This document shows, one piece after another, positions 20,901 to 29,619 of a stretch of 64,000 nt of DNA (the stretch's first letter is position 1; each line of letters begins with the position of its first letter). The notes beneath the pieces were generated by a model that was not told where the DNA came from, made no database searches, and was given only the letters and a program-made list of their open reading frames with translations. The position numbers and the translations under genes are program-made. The stretch comes from a virus. The stretch lies in the IMG/VR virus record IMGVR_UViG_3300020469_000010. One strand, 5' to 3'.

Positions 20901-22702
20901 TTACAATTAATGTTGGTATGTCAACTATTGCTCATGTATATAAGAGTGGAGGAATAGTTCAAAAGACCAGATCCTTTAGACCAGACATAGGTCAAATCAG
21001 AGATATAAGTATTCAAGCAGATCCAGATACTGGAAATAATAATACTGTTGGTAACTGTAAGAATGTTATTTCTGCTGTAAATACTGCAGTTGGAATTTGC
21101 ACTGCAATCATTGAAAATGGATTCCAAGCACTTCAAGAACCAGTATACTTAGAAGTATCAACCGCAGCATATACTGCTAATAATGGAATACTTACATTAA
21201 ATACAACAACTAATCATAATCTCTCTAACGGTGATAAAATTAAATTAAGAAATAATTCTATTATCTTTACTTGCGATTCTGATGGTGGAAATACTCAAAT
21301 TGGATATCCAGATAAAACCAGTCCAATTTTTGATAGGTTTATTCCAGTTACAGTTACTGGTGCTACCTCACTGACTGTTAATACAGGAGACGCTGGTACT
21401 GCATCGACACTAACTCATAGTTTTGTTTCTATTGCTGGAACACAAACAATTAATTATGGTGGTGCTGGAATTTCTACTAGATTCCCAGGTAATAATGGTG
21501 CTGGATCTGATTTTGAAAATGATCCATCATTCTCTCCTGGAACTGACGGACCTGTTCTAAAAGGTCCATATATCAGAAACTGTACTAACTTTATCGAAAA
21601 CAGCATCGGTATGAGAATCAATGGATTTGATTCTGATCCTGGTGATAAAGATGAATTGGGTGTACAGGGTTCAATGAGTGTTGACTCATATACTCAATAT
21701 AATCAAGGTGGTATTGGTGTATCAATTACAAACGGTGCATATGCACAGTTGGTGTCTATCTTCACCATCTGCTGTAATGAAGCAATTGTAACCTTAAGTG
21801 GTGGTCAGTGTGACCTTACAAACTCCAACTCCTCATTCGGTGAGTTTGGTCTAGTTTCTAAAGGTGTTGGTGATGAGAACTCCCGTTCCAACTATAGACA
21901 AACTGCTGAAGTTGTCAAAGCAGGTGATCCTGGTAGAACAAATGCTCAAGGTCCATATGATGTTGGTTCCAGAAGAGTTACTTTATCTGGTGTCGGTACA
22001 CAAAGACCTTATGATGGTCAGACAGTATTCTTCGATGAACTCTTCTTCTCTGTAGAAAAAGTTAAAATTACCAACGAAGGTTCTGGATATGAAGGTGCTG
22101 TACCAGGAGTTACTTTCTCCGATCCAACTGGACCTCAAGGAATTACTGCACAAGGAATTCCAATTGTTGAAGATGGTAAAGTTGTCAGTTTCTTAGTTGC
22201 CAACTCTGGAACTCAATATCAAAAAGATTCTTTCCCATCAATTACTATTACACCACCTGAAGGTGATGGTGTACAGGCAACTGCAGAAGTTGAAAGGATG
22301 CAACCACTATTCTTTAAGGTTGCTTCTGCAACACTCCCACATAGTGGAATCTCAACCGTCACAATGAGTCAAGGACTAAATAATTCATTGAGTGGTGGTG
22401 AAACTGCGTTCATGACTCGTCAGAGTCTGCAAATCACATCTTCTCACTCTTTTGAATATGTTGGTGCGGGTAATACTATCCTAACAGCAAGACCTTCAGT
22501 TGGAGGTATCATTATTCAGGATAATGAAGTTGTTCAGGAAGATGGTGGTCTTGTAGTTTACACAAGCACGGACCAAGCAGGTAACTTCAGAATTGGTGAT
22601 GGTATTCAAATTGACCAGGCAACTGGAACGATCTCAGGTCGTGTTTATGTCAAATCATTGTTCAACAGCGTTACACCATTTATTCTAGCACTCGGAGGTT
22701 AA
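17939..22702 (+). CDS. Large fibre/spike-like virion protein: fibre-attachment N-terminus and a split pectin-lyase-like beta-helix with nested helical and beta-repeat insertions
   Basis: IRLKRS...P....L.DGELAIN..DG N-terminus; beta-helix start (ASIKRA...PGDTIKVSAG.Y.E); beta-helix resumes at GPYIRNCTNF...SMSVDSYTQYNQGGIG. Confidence 0.7.
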   Translation: MGISTIRLKRSFSQGSQPTIEQLTDGELAINHFDGTVFVKQDTQGVGINTRVVQVGAGKSIGRTFFVIQQGDDNNLGLTQADGLASIKRASQLAQPGDTIKVSAGIYVEDNPIILRDNVSVEGFELRNCYVAPNNPDQDLFHINNACHLTDLAFIGKGADIGGGSKGVPAGGSEPGFLGGPVDSGVAVVAFVPLKGVSGDRYFDAARLIRQNADYIAGEAVGFLTSGFSGIAGSHRAQDAARLIDLNAEFIAAEAVGFITSVNYVGGAFSMSFGTATDCKDDVHDVLEVVAHDLRAGYRAGVQANKKTVGAAQSYFVGGALSHILGAGVSEATIAAMDRAAGIATFVINNKPYGFETTGAGVAVSAFDYTANTGVATVTTTVGHGLSTTDHVEFAGLAFTCATEHAGVTTTIFPDGFAPSGHIFKIDASGTFNESQFVINAGISTIQTFYTASSGTAKTVTQYSPFEQQFDTGAAAGTPLRGENVVGGVKETVTNATYDPATGLTVLTIGSHKHTVGNSIRIPLEALVFTCSQDGGVSEHKYPRATDPANGNDLQILSTTGTTITVNTGASGPSDQYAHTFVRAEKRIIVGGGLCLNVIKDIKNLVGIITSAIGAGNTGSLPGITTGVRLEQNKCRRDVTKILKAVCYDITRGGNTKVIGAAKSYFDDQGNRLSALLVDPDEFEQSVIAVEYTKDLCRRIVNNVRDGSYTIGTAFHVSDALYSPTSGIMTVTTQVGNGLTAGNTIKLSGLGFSCGAHNNEISITDFQYDRQSGFSTIFVSSDHGLSSGDEFELRNIKMNCGDSGTGPVVNVTAAAYDEALGDIVITTSAAHGAHIGKTIQVKNLEFSCAAEHAGVTTTIFPDGTGTSNFIQGYGKDVFLVTATPSTTQFKINVGISTIAHSYVSGGTAQAGITTSIYPDGVQGGGDAIFDAYVGTGGTVIFTNVGISTIEHTYDSGGQVRIGVTTSVFPDGTFGDFFDIQSRLSDSQFTINVGMSTIAHVYKSGGIVQKTRSFRPDIGQIRDISIQADPDTGNNNTVGNCKNVISAVNTAVGICTAIIENGFQALQEPVYLEVSTAAYTANNGILTLNTTTNHNLSNGDKIKLRNNSIIFTCDSDGGNTQIGYPDKTSPIFDRFIPVTVTGATSLTVNTGDAGTASTLTHSFVSIAGTQTINYGGAGISTRFPGNNGAGSDFENDPSFSPGTDGPVLKGPYIRNCTNFIENSIGMRINGFDSDPGDKDELGVQGSMSVDSYTQYNQGGIGVSITNGAYAQLVSIFTICCNEAIVTLSGGQCDLTNSNSSFGEFGLVSKGVGDENSRSNYRQTAEVVKAGDPGRTNAQGPYDVGSRRVTLSGVGTQRPYDGQTVFFDELFFSVEKVKITNEGSGYEGAVPGVTFSDPTGPQGITAQGIPIVEDGKVVSFLVANSGTQYQKDSFPSITITPPEGDGVQATAEVERMQPLFFKVASATLPHSGISTVTMSQGLNNSLSGGETAFMTRQSLQITSSHSFEYVGAGNTILTARPSVGGIIIQDNEVVQEDGGLVVYTSTDQAGNFRIGDGIQIDQATGTISGRVYVKSLFNSVTPFILALGG
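19146..20526 (+). repeat. Identical 40-bp direct repeat pair (19146-19185 and 20487-20526)
   Basis: cagaacatgctggtgttactacaacaattttcccagatgg occurs twice and encodes EHAGVTTTIFPDG. Confidence 0.9.
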
Positions 22703-22705
22703 ATC

Positions 22706-23044
22706 ATGGCAGCAGTCGCAGTTAATAACTTTAGAACAATCACAACTGTAGTTGGAACTGGAGCACCAGTAGAAATTTATACTGCTCCAACTGGTTATAC
22801 ATCGGTCTTCTTACTTCTCCAAGTAACGAATACTGATAGTGCAACAAGAACTGTAACATTTAATCATGTAAGAACTTCTACAACCACAGAACTTGTTAAG
22901 GAATTTCCCATTCCTGCAGGTGATAGTTTAGATTTACTGGCAGGAAAATTGGTATTACAAACTGGAGATAAAGTATCAATTACTGGAAGTTCGGCGGGTG
23001 TATTAAAATTTTGTGCATCTGTTCTTGAAACATCTAACTTCTAA
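22706..23044 (+). CDS. Small hypothetical virion protein
   Basis: IYTAP...L.VTN...KLVLQTGD.....SVLE beta-rich pattern, common next to fibre genes. Confidence 0.6.
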   Translation: MAAVAVNNFRTITTVVGTGAPVEIYTAPTGYTSVFLLLQVTNTDSATRTVTFNHVRTSTTTELVKEFPIPAGDSLDLLAGKLVLQTGDKVSITGSSAGVLKFCASVLETSNF

Positions 23045-23061
23045 TTTTAGGAATATAACTA

Positions 23062-25206
23062 ATGTCACGCAGAAGATACTTCTCTGGAAGAGAAACCGAA
23101 CTTAAACTTGGTGTTGCTGGATATACTGGTACTGGAGTTGCTCTTGAAGTAACAGAAGGTAGAGTTGGTTTAGGAACAACCACTGCATATCATCAACTCA
23201 CCATTAATGGTGATATGCAACTCCAGAATGAACTTTATGGTTTTGATGGTAAGTCAGGTAATGATGGTGAATCATTAATTTCGACCGGATCTTCTGTTTT
23301 TTGGGGCCAACCAGTTGTACAGTTTGCAGGTATTACTGTTGAAGAAGAAGGTGTAACTGTTGGTGGTCTTAGTAGTATTAAAACATTAAACTTTGTTGGT
23401 CAAAGTATTTTAGCAACTGCAGATGGTACTGGTGGTATTGCCACTATAACTGTGGATGACTTTACACCATCTGGTGAGAATACAAATGTTCAATTTAATG
23501 ATAATGGGGTATTTGGTGGGGCAGAAACATTAGTATTCAACAAACTTTTAAATAAAGTTGGAGTTGGTTCTACTGCGTTTGGAGATGAGACACTTTTTGT
23601 AACTGGTAATGTTGGTATTACTAGTGAACTCAATGTAGATAAAGTATTTGTTACAGATAAGACGCCGATTCTTCCAAATGAACTTGCCTCGAAAGAATAC
23701 GTCGATCTTTTTGCAACAGCATCACTTGTAGTTCAGCAGGCTGTAGCAGTTGCGTCTACAACTAATGTAAATGCCACATATAGTAACGGATCTACAGCAG
23801 GTATTGGTAATAGTACATTAGGTGTAGGTGCCAAATTAACAGGAAATGTAAATGGTGAATTAATTCTTGATGGTTATAAAGTTTTAGATGATGATAGAAT
23901 TCTAATTAAAAATCAAACTAATGAAGCACATAATGGATATTATGTGGCGATTTCCACAGGTAGTCCTTCTGCTCCATTTATTATAGAGAGAGCACAAGAT
24001 TTCGACCAACCTGATGAGATTATCGAAGGTGCATTCTCCTTCGTAACGAACGGTAGTCAAAACGGTGCTAACGGTTTCGTTCTTATTAAAATTGATCCTA
24101 AATTTACTACTGATGGAACATCATTTGTTGGTTTCTCCACAATTAGATTTACACAGTTCTCTGCTGCTGGTCAGGTAGAAGCAGGTGATGGTCTGTTTAA
24201 AGAAGGATCTGTTATCAATGTTGGTACTGCAGATACTACAAGAATCATCGTCAATCCAGATGATATTGATCTTGCTATAGTAGTTACATCATCAACATTT
24301 AATGATACACAAAACGAGAAATTCTTTGTTAATGATATTATTACTGATGGATATGGACGAGTAACTGGATTCACTACTGATAGGCATAAATTTGCAACCT
24401 TTAATGATGTAGGTGTTGTAAAACTTGATTTTAATGCGTTTAATACAGATCCAGCTACAGGAATCATTACTGCTGCAAATTACTTTAATGTAAGGAATAT
24501 TAATTTACCTTTCCAGAATGATTCAGATGCAGGTATTATTACTGCAAGACTTATAAAAGGTGCATCTGTCGATACTAGTGGTGATATCTTAGCAATTAGA
24601 CATGGTAATTTTAGTGGAATTGTTACTGCTTCAAATTTTGTTGGTGATGGATCTCAATTAACAGGACTTATTTCTGGTATTGCAATTCAAAAAGATGATG
24701 CAAATGTCGTTACTGAGGGAACGATCTTAAACTTTGAAGGAACTGCAGTTGCTAGTGTTGTTTCAGAATCTAGTGGATCTAAAGCAACTGTTACTATCAA
24801 TGCTACAGACATTAATGCAATTGGTTCTGCAAACCAAGTTCTATTCAAAAATGCTTCTAACCAAGTAACAACATCTTCAAACTTACAGTTCAATGGAACT
24901 AACTTAACTTGTGCCGGAACAGTTACCGCAAACTCTGACGAAAAACTGAAGAAAAATGTAGAAACTATCACTGATGCACTTGATAAAACAACAAGTCTTC
25001 GTGGTGTTGAATTTGATCACAAGAAGACAGGTGATCATTGTTTAGGTCTCATTGCACAAGAAGTTGAGAAAGTAATTCCAGATGTTGTTTACGAAGATAG
25101 TGAAGGTACTAAATCAATTGCTTATCAAAATATTGTTGCACTTCTAATTGAAGCTGTTAAAGATCAGCAACAGCAGATTGATGAACTTAAGAAAAGACTA
25201 AACTAA
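23062..25206 (+). CDS. Tail fibre protein with a C-terminal intramolecular chaperone (peptidase S74-like)
   Basis: SDEKLKKNV...LRGV.F...GLIAQEVEKVIPDVV...LLIEAVK followed by a coiled coil; DRILIKNQT..NGYY fibre domain. Confidence 0.85.
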   Translation: MSRRRYFSGRETELKLGVAGYTGTGVALEVTEGRVGLGTTTAYHQLTINGDMQLQNELYGFDGKSGNDGESLISTGSSVFWGQPVVQFAGITVEEEGVTVGGLSSIKTLNFVGQSILATADGTGGIATITVDDFTPSGENTNVQFNDNGVFGGAETLVFNKLLNKVGVGSTAFGDETLFVTGNVGITSELNVDKVFVTDKTPILPNELASKEYVDLFATASLVVQQAVAVASTTNVNATYSNGSTAGIGNSTLGVGAKLTGNVNGELILDGYKVLDDDRILIKNQTNEAHNGYYVAISTGSPSAPFIIERAQDFDQPDEIIEGAFSFVTNGSQNGANGFVLIKIDPKFTTDGTSFVGFSTIRFTQFSAAGQVEAGDGLFKEGSVINVGTADTTRIIVNPDDIDLAIVVTSSTFNDTQNEKFFVNDIITDGYGRVTGFTTDRHKFATFNDVGVVKLDFNAFNTDPATGIITAANYFNVRNINLPFQNDSDAGIITARLIKGASVDTSGDILAIRHGNFSGIVTASNFVGDGSQLTGLISGIAIQKDDANVVTEGTILNFEGTAVASVVSESSGSKATVTINATDINAIGSANQVLFKNASNQVTTSSNLQFNGTNLTCAGTVTANSDEKLKKNVETITDALDKTTSLRGVEFDHKKTGDHCLGLIAQEVEKVIPDVVYEDSEGTKSIAYQNIVALLIEAVKDQQQQIDELKKRLN

Positions 25207-25231
25207 ATAATTTTATTATACTGTAGATATC

Positions 25232-26839
25232 ATGGCAAAAACCTGCAGACCAGGATACTATTATTGCTACACTGATAAAAAGTGTAAAAAAATTCCTCTT
25301 GGTTGGCATGTAGGTCGTGGTGGAGTGATTGAAAAAGATTCTGAGGATACTGAATCAAAAAATGGTAATGGGAATGGTGAATCTTCTCCAAGTAATGGAA
25401 ATGGAGGAAATGGTAATGGAAATGGTGGTTCCAACGGAAACGGAGGAAATGGTGGCGGGGTAAGTGAGGAAAAGAAAGATCATGAATATTCTATGGCTCG
25501 TTCTCAACTTAAAACTATCAAAAATGCTGCCTCTCGTCTTGAAAAAAAGATGGGTAAAAAGGGTGAGGGTGAACTCAAGGCATGGGTTCAATCAAAAATT
25601 ACCAAATCTGCAGACTACATTGATACCGCTGCAGATTATATGACTAATGAAGGAACCCTTCATAAATGGTTTAAAGGATCCAAGTCAAAAGATGGTAAAG
25701 GTGGTTGGGTTAATGTAGTAACAGGTGGAACTTGTGCTAGTGATAAACCAGGTGAAGGGACTCCAAAATGCGTTTCTTCTGCAAAAAGAGCAAGTATGAG
25801 TAAAAAAGAAAGACTTTCTGCTGCCAGAAGAAAGAAAGCAGCAGATCCTGGTCAACAGTCAAAATCTGGTGCTGCTAAACCAACCTATGTTTCAACTGAT
25901 AAAAAAGTAAAAGAAGATGTAGAACTTACTGATGCATATGGTGAAACATTTGCAGTAATTCAAGACGTTATTCAGACAGAACCAATGAAATCAAATGCAC
26001 CTAGTATCGACAGTTATGAAACTTATGATATTGAAGCAATGACCGAAGAAGAAAACGTGGCAGAAGGTAGTGACAAAAAAAGTAAGGGTAGTGGAAGCAA
26101 AGATGCTTGCTACCATAAAGTCAAATCTCGTTATTCTGTATGGCCATCTGCTTATGCATCTGGAGCACTAGTTAAGTGTCGTAAAGTTGGTGCTGCAAAC
26201 TGGGGTAACTCTACTAAAAAAGAAGAATTTGAAGAATTTTCCGATTGGAGATCTGAACTCAACGAAAAGTGCTGGCCTGGTTATGAAAAGAAAGGTATGA
26301 AAACTATGTTTGGAAAAAGATATCCAAACTGTGTCAAGAAAACAAAAACTAGAAAAGAAGAAGTAGAAATTGAAGAAGCAGCAAGAATTCCAGCACAAAC
26401 AGGTAACATTATTTCTGTTATGATTTCTTGGAGAGGAAAAGGATATTCATTAAAAATGTTCTTCCCACAAGCAAAAAGACCCACAAGACAAGAAGTTGAA
26501 CTTGAAGTGCAAAAAGTCTATCCTGATGGTAGAGTTAGATATATGGAAATTTCGGATTTAAAACCAGGAGAACAACTTTTACAAGTTACTGAAGGTTCTG
26601 CTTGGACAAAGAAATCTGGTAAAAATCAATCAGGAGGATTAAATGAAAAAGGCAGGAAGTCGTATGAAAGAGAGAACCCAGGAAGCGATCTTAAGAGACC
26701 TTCAAAGAAAGTTGGGAACCCTCGTAGAAAGAGTTTTTGTGCGAGGATGAAAGGTATGAAAGCAAAACTTACTTCTGCTAAAACTGCTAGAGATCCTGAT
26801 AGTAGAATTAATAAAAGTTTGAGGGCCTGGAATTGCTGA
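25232..26839 (+). CDS. Modular basic, Cys-containing protein; candidate internal-head polyprotein
   Basis: Short Lys-rich modules separated by hydrophobic-X-E sites; Gly-Asn linker; C-terminal RRKSFCARM...SLRAWNC module. Confidence 0.6.
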   Translation: MAKTCRPGYYYCYTDKKCKKIPLGWHVGRGGVIEKDSEDTESKNGNGNGESSPSNGNGGNGNGNGGSNGNGGNGGGVSEEKKDHEYSMARSQLKTIKNAASRLEKKMGKKGEGELKAWVQSKITKSADYIDTAADYMTNEGTLHKWFKGSKSKDGKGGWVNVVTGGTCASDKPGEGTPKCVSSAKRASMSKKERLSAARRKKAADPGQQSKSGAAKPTYVSTDKKVKEDVELTDAYGETFAVIQDVIQTEPMKSNAPSIDSYETYDIEAMTEEENVAEGSDKKSKGSGSKDACYHKVKSRYSVWPSAYASGALVKCRKVGAANWGNSTKKEEFEEFSDWRSELNEKCWPGYEKKGMKTMFGKRYPNCVKKTKTRKEEVEIEEAARIPAQTGNIISVMISWRGKGYSLKMFFPQAKRPTRQEVELEVQKVYPDGRVRYMEISDLKPGEQLLQVTEGSAWTKKSGKNQSGGLNEKGRKSYERENPGSDLKRPSKKVGNPRRKSFCARMKGMKAKLTSAKTARDPDSRINKSLRAWNC

Positions 26840-27162
26840 TGAAAAACTTTAAACAATTCATGTCAGAGTCTGTCAATATTTCTGGCGACTTCAACGGAAA
26901 CTTATACATTAACTCTCAAGACCAACAACCTCAAGAGGAAGTTGGTGAGAGTTATGTTGCCGACATAACTTGGCAAAATAGCATATATAGAATTGAGATG
27001 GTAACAAAGACTGGAATGCCATCAAAGCAGGAATTGGCTGAAAAACTTCAGAGTGAATATCCTGGTGCAATGGTACATAACATCTATCCAGTAGAAGAAA
27101 AGAACTTTAATATTAAAAATTCAAAGAGATATCATCCAGCAAAATTAGATTGGGTTGACTGA
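26839..27162 (+). CDS. Putative internal head protein with a capsid-targeting-like N-terminus
   Basis: Starts MKNFKQFMSE, similar to the T4 internal-protein CTS MKTYQEFIAE; TGATG overlap with the upstream stop. Confidence 0.6.
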   Translation: MKNFKQFMSESVNISGDFNGNLYINSQDQQPQEEVGESYVADITWQNSIYRIEMVTKTGMPSKQELAEKLQSEYPGAMVHNIYPVEEKNFNIKNSKRYHPAKLDWVD

Positions 27163-27164
27163 CT

Positions 27165-27917
27165 ATGCCTTTTAAAAATTATCTATGGGATGAAGCATGG
27201 GAACTAAATGTTTCCCGTGGTAAAGTTCGTGGTGCTTTTCATATCATAAAGTTTGGAGAAAATCTTGATATTGATGGTGGATTAGAAACTATCTGGGATG
27301 GTGGTGGATTATATACTTATCTAACATCTGCAGGAGTTCTTACAGCCACTAGCACTGATACTGATGATGATGCAACAGGAACTGGTGCAAGAACTATAAC
27401 CGTAGAAGGACTTGATGCAAATTACAATCAAGTATCAGAAACACTAACTGTTGGTGGAAGTGCAGGTAGTGTTGAGTTTTTCAGAGTATTTCGTGCCTTT
27501 GTTGCAAGTTCTGGTTCTAGTGGAACAAATGAAGGAACAATTTCAATTTCTTCTGGTGCAACAACATTAGCACAAATTATTAAAGTTGGAACGGGACAGG
27601 GAACTGGATTAGGACAGACATTAATGTCAATATATTCAATTCCTGCAGGATATACTGGATATGTTTATCAATGGGATGTATCATCTGCAAAATCTGATGG
27701 TAATGTTTTCTTAGTAAAAAGAGGTCATAATGATAATGGAACATGGAAAACTCAGGATATTATTCATGCAAATCAGAATAGTATTGAAAGAAGTTATAAA
27801 TTTCCTATAAAGATAGAAGAAAAAAGTGATATTGAAGTTAGAGCAATCTCAGAATTAAATAATATGAAATGTGCAGCAACTTTATGCATTTTACTAATTC
27901 AAAACCAATCTGAATAA
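27165..27917 (+). CDS. Hypothetical structural protein
   Basis: KFGEN...ETIW, GTGARTITVEGLD..Y, YSIPAGYTGY, EKSDIEVRA beta-rich pattern. Confidence 0.55.
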   Translation: MPFKNYLWDEAWELNVSRGKVRGAFHIIKFGENLDIDGGLETIWDGGGLYTYLTSAGVLTATSTDTDDDATGTGARTITVEGLDANYNQVSETLTVGGSAGSVEFFRVFRAFVASSGSSGTNEGTISISSGATTLAQIIKVGTGQGTGLGQTLMSIYSIPAGYTGYVYQWDVSSAKSDGNVFLVKRGHNDNGTWKTQDIIHANQNSIERSYKFPIKIEEKSDIEVRAISELNNMKCAATLCILLIQNQSE

Positions 27918-27922
27918 TTATT

Positions 27923-29566
27923 ATGAGTGACGTATATCTTGGTAATCCTAATTTAAAAAAAGCAAATACTCCTCAAGAGTTCACTAAAGAACAAATTGAG
28001 GAGTTTATTAAATGTAAAGACGATCCAGTCTACTTTGCAAAAAATTATGTAAAAATTGTAACCCTAGATCATGGTTTACAACCTTTTGATATGTATGACT
28101 TTCAAGAAAAGTTAGTCAACAGATTTCATGAGAACAGATTTAATATTTGTAAAATGCCGCGGCAGACTGGTAAGTCTACAACGTGTGTATCGTATCTTTT
28201 GCACTATGCCGTTTTCAATGAAAGTGTTAATATAGGTATATTGGCAAACAAAGCAGCAACTGCAAGAGAACTTCTTGATAGATTGCAAACTGCATATGAA
28301 AATTTACCTAGATGGATGCAACAGGGTATTATATCCTGGAATAAAGGTTCTTTGGAGTTAGAAAATGGCAGTAAAATATTGGCAGCTTCTACGTCTGCGA
28401 GTGCTGTTCGAGGTATGTCGTTTAACATCCTCTTTCTCGACGAGTTCGCATTCGTCCCGAATCATGTTGCTGACTCGTTCTTTGCCTCTGTTTATCCTAC
28501 TATTACTTCTGGTAAAAGCACCAAAGTAATTATTGTTTCTACTCCACACGGTATGAATCATTTCTACCGTTTATGGCATGATGCGGAAAAAGATAAAAAC
28601 GAATATGTACCCACTGATGTTCACTGGTCAGAAGTTCCTGGTAGAGATTCAAAGTGGAAAGAACAAACTATTGCAAATACTTCAGAACAACAGTTCAAGG
28701 TTGAGTTTGAATGTGAATTTTTAGGATCTGTTGATACACTTATTGCTCCTAGTAAATTAAGATCATTAATTTATGACGCACCAATAAACAAAAATGCTGG
28801 TTTAGATGTATATGATCCAGTCAAAGAAGGACATGATTACATAATAACAGTAGATGTTGCCCGAGGAGTTGGTGAAGATTATTCTGCATTTATAGTTGCA
28901 GATATTACAGAGTTTCCTCATAGAGTTGTAGCAAAATATAGAAACAATGAAATTAAACCAATGTTGTTTCCAAATATCATCTATGAAGTAGCAAAAAATT
29001 ATAATAATGCATATGTTTTATGTGAAGTAAATGATATTGGAGATCAGGTTGCAAGCATTTTACAGTATGATTTGGAATATCAAAATTTATTAATGTGTTC
29101 TATGAGAGGTAGAGCAGGACAGATTGTAGGTCAAGGTTTCTCTGGTAAGAAAACTCAACTTGGTGTTAAGATGTCCAAAACTGTCAAAAAAGTTGGATCA
29201 CTTAACTTAAAAACTTTAATTGAAGAAGATAAATTATGGTTCAATGATTATGAAATTATATCAGAATTAACAACCTTTATCTCAAAACACAACTCATTTG
29301 AGGCAGAGGAAGGATGTAATGATGACCTTGCAATGTGTCTCGTAATTTATGCTTGGTTAGTTGCTCAAGATTATTTTAAAGAATTAACTGATCAAGATGT
29401 ACGAAAAAGATTGTATGAAGATCAGAAAAATCAACTAGAACAAGACATGTCACCATTTGGATTTATTGTAGATGGATTGGATGAGGGAAGTACTGTTGAT
29501 GCTGATGGTGATAGATGGTATGCAGACGAATATGGAGACAGATCATACATGTGGGACTACATGTAA
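27923..29566 (+). CDS. gp17: Terminase large subunit gp17
   Basis: YLGNPNLK, Walker A PRQTGKST, Walker B LFLDEFAF, VSTPHG, nuclease motifs VDVARG and DDLAM. Confidence 0.98.
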   Translation: MSDVYLGNPNLKKANTPQEFTKEQIEEFIKCKDDPVYFAKNYVKIVTLDHGLQPFDMYDFQEKLVNRFHENRFNICKMPRQTGKSTTCVSYLLHYAVFNESVNIGILANKAATARELLDRLQTAYENLPRWMQQGIISWNKGSLELENGSKILAASTSASAVRGMSFNILFLDEFAFVPNHVADSFFASVYPTITSGKSTKVIIVSTPHGMNHFYRLWHDAEKDKNEYVPTDVHWSEVPGRDSKWKEQTIANTSEQQFKVEFECEFLGSVDTLIAPSKLRSLIYDAPINKNAGLDVYDPVKEGHDYIITVDVARGVGEDYSAFIVADITEFPHRVVAKYRNNEIKPMLFPNIIYEVAKNYNNAYVLCEVNDIGDQVASILQYDLEYQNLLMCSMRGRAGQIVGQGFSGKKTQLGVKMSKTVKKVGSLNLKTLIEEDKLWFNDYEIISELTTFISKHNSFEAEEGCNDDLAMCLVIYAWLVAQDYFKELTDQDVRKRLYEDQKNQLEQDMSPFGFIVDGLDEGSTVDADGDRWYADEYGDRSYMWDYM

Positions 29567-29619
29567 ATTAAATTTTTCATAAATATTTTGTAGATAAACT
29601 GAGACAAACGGAGAAAAAC

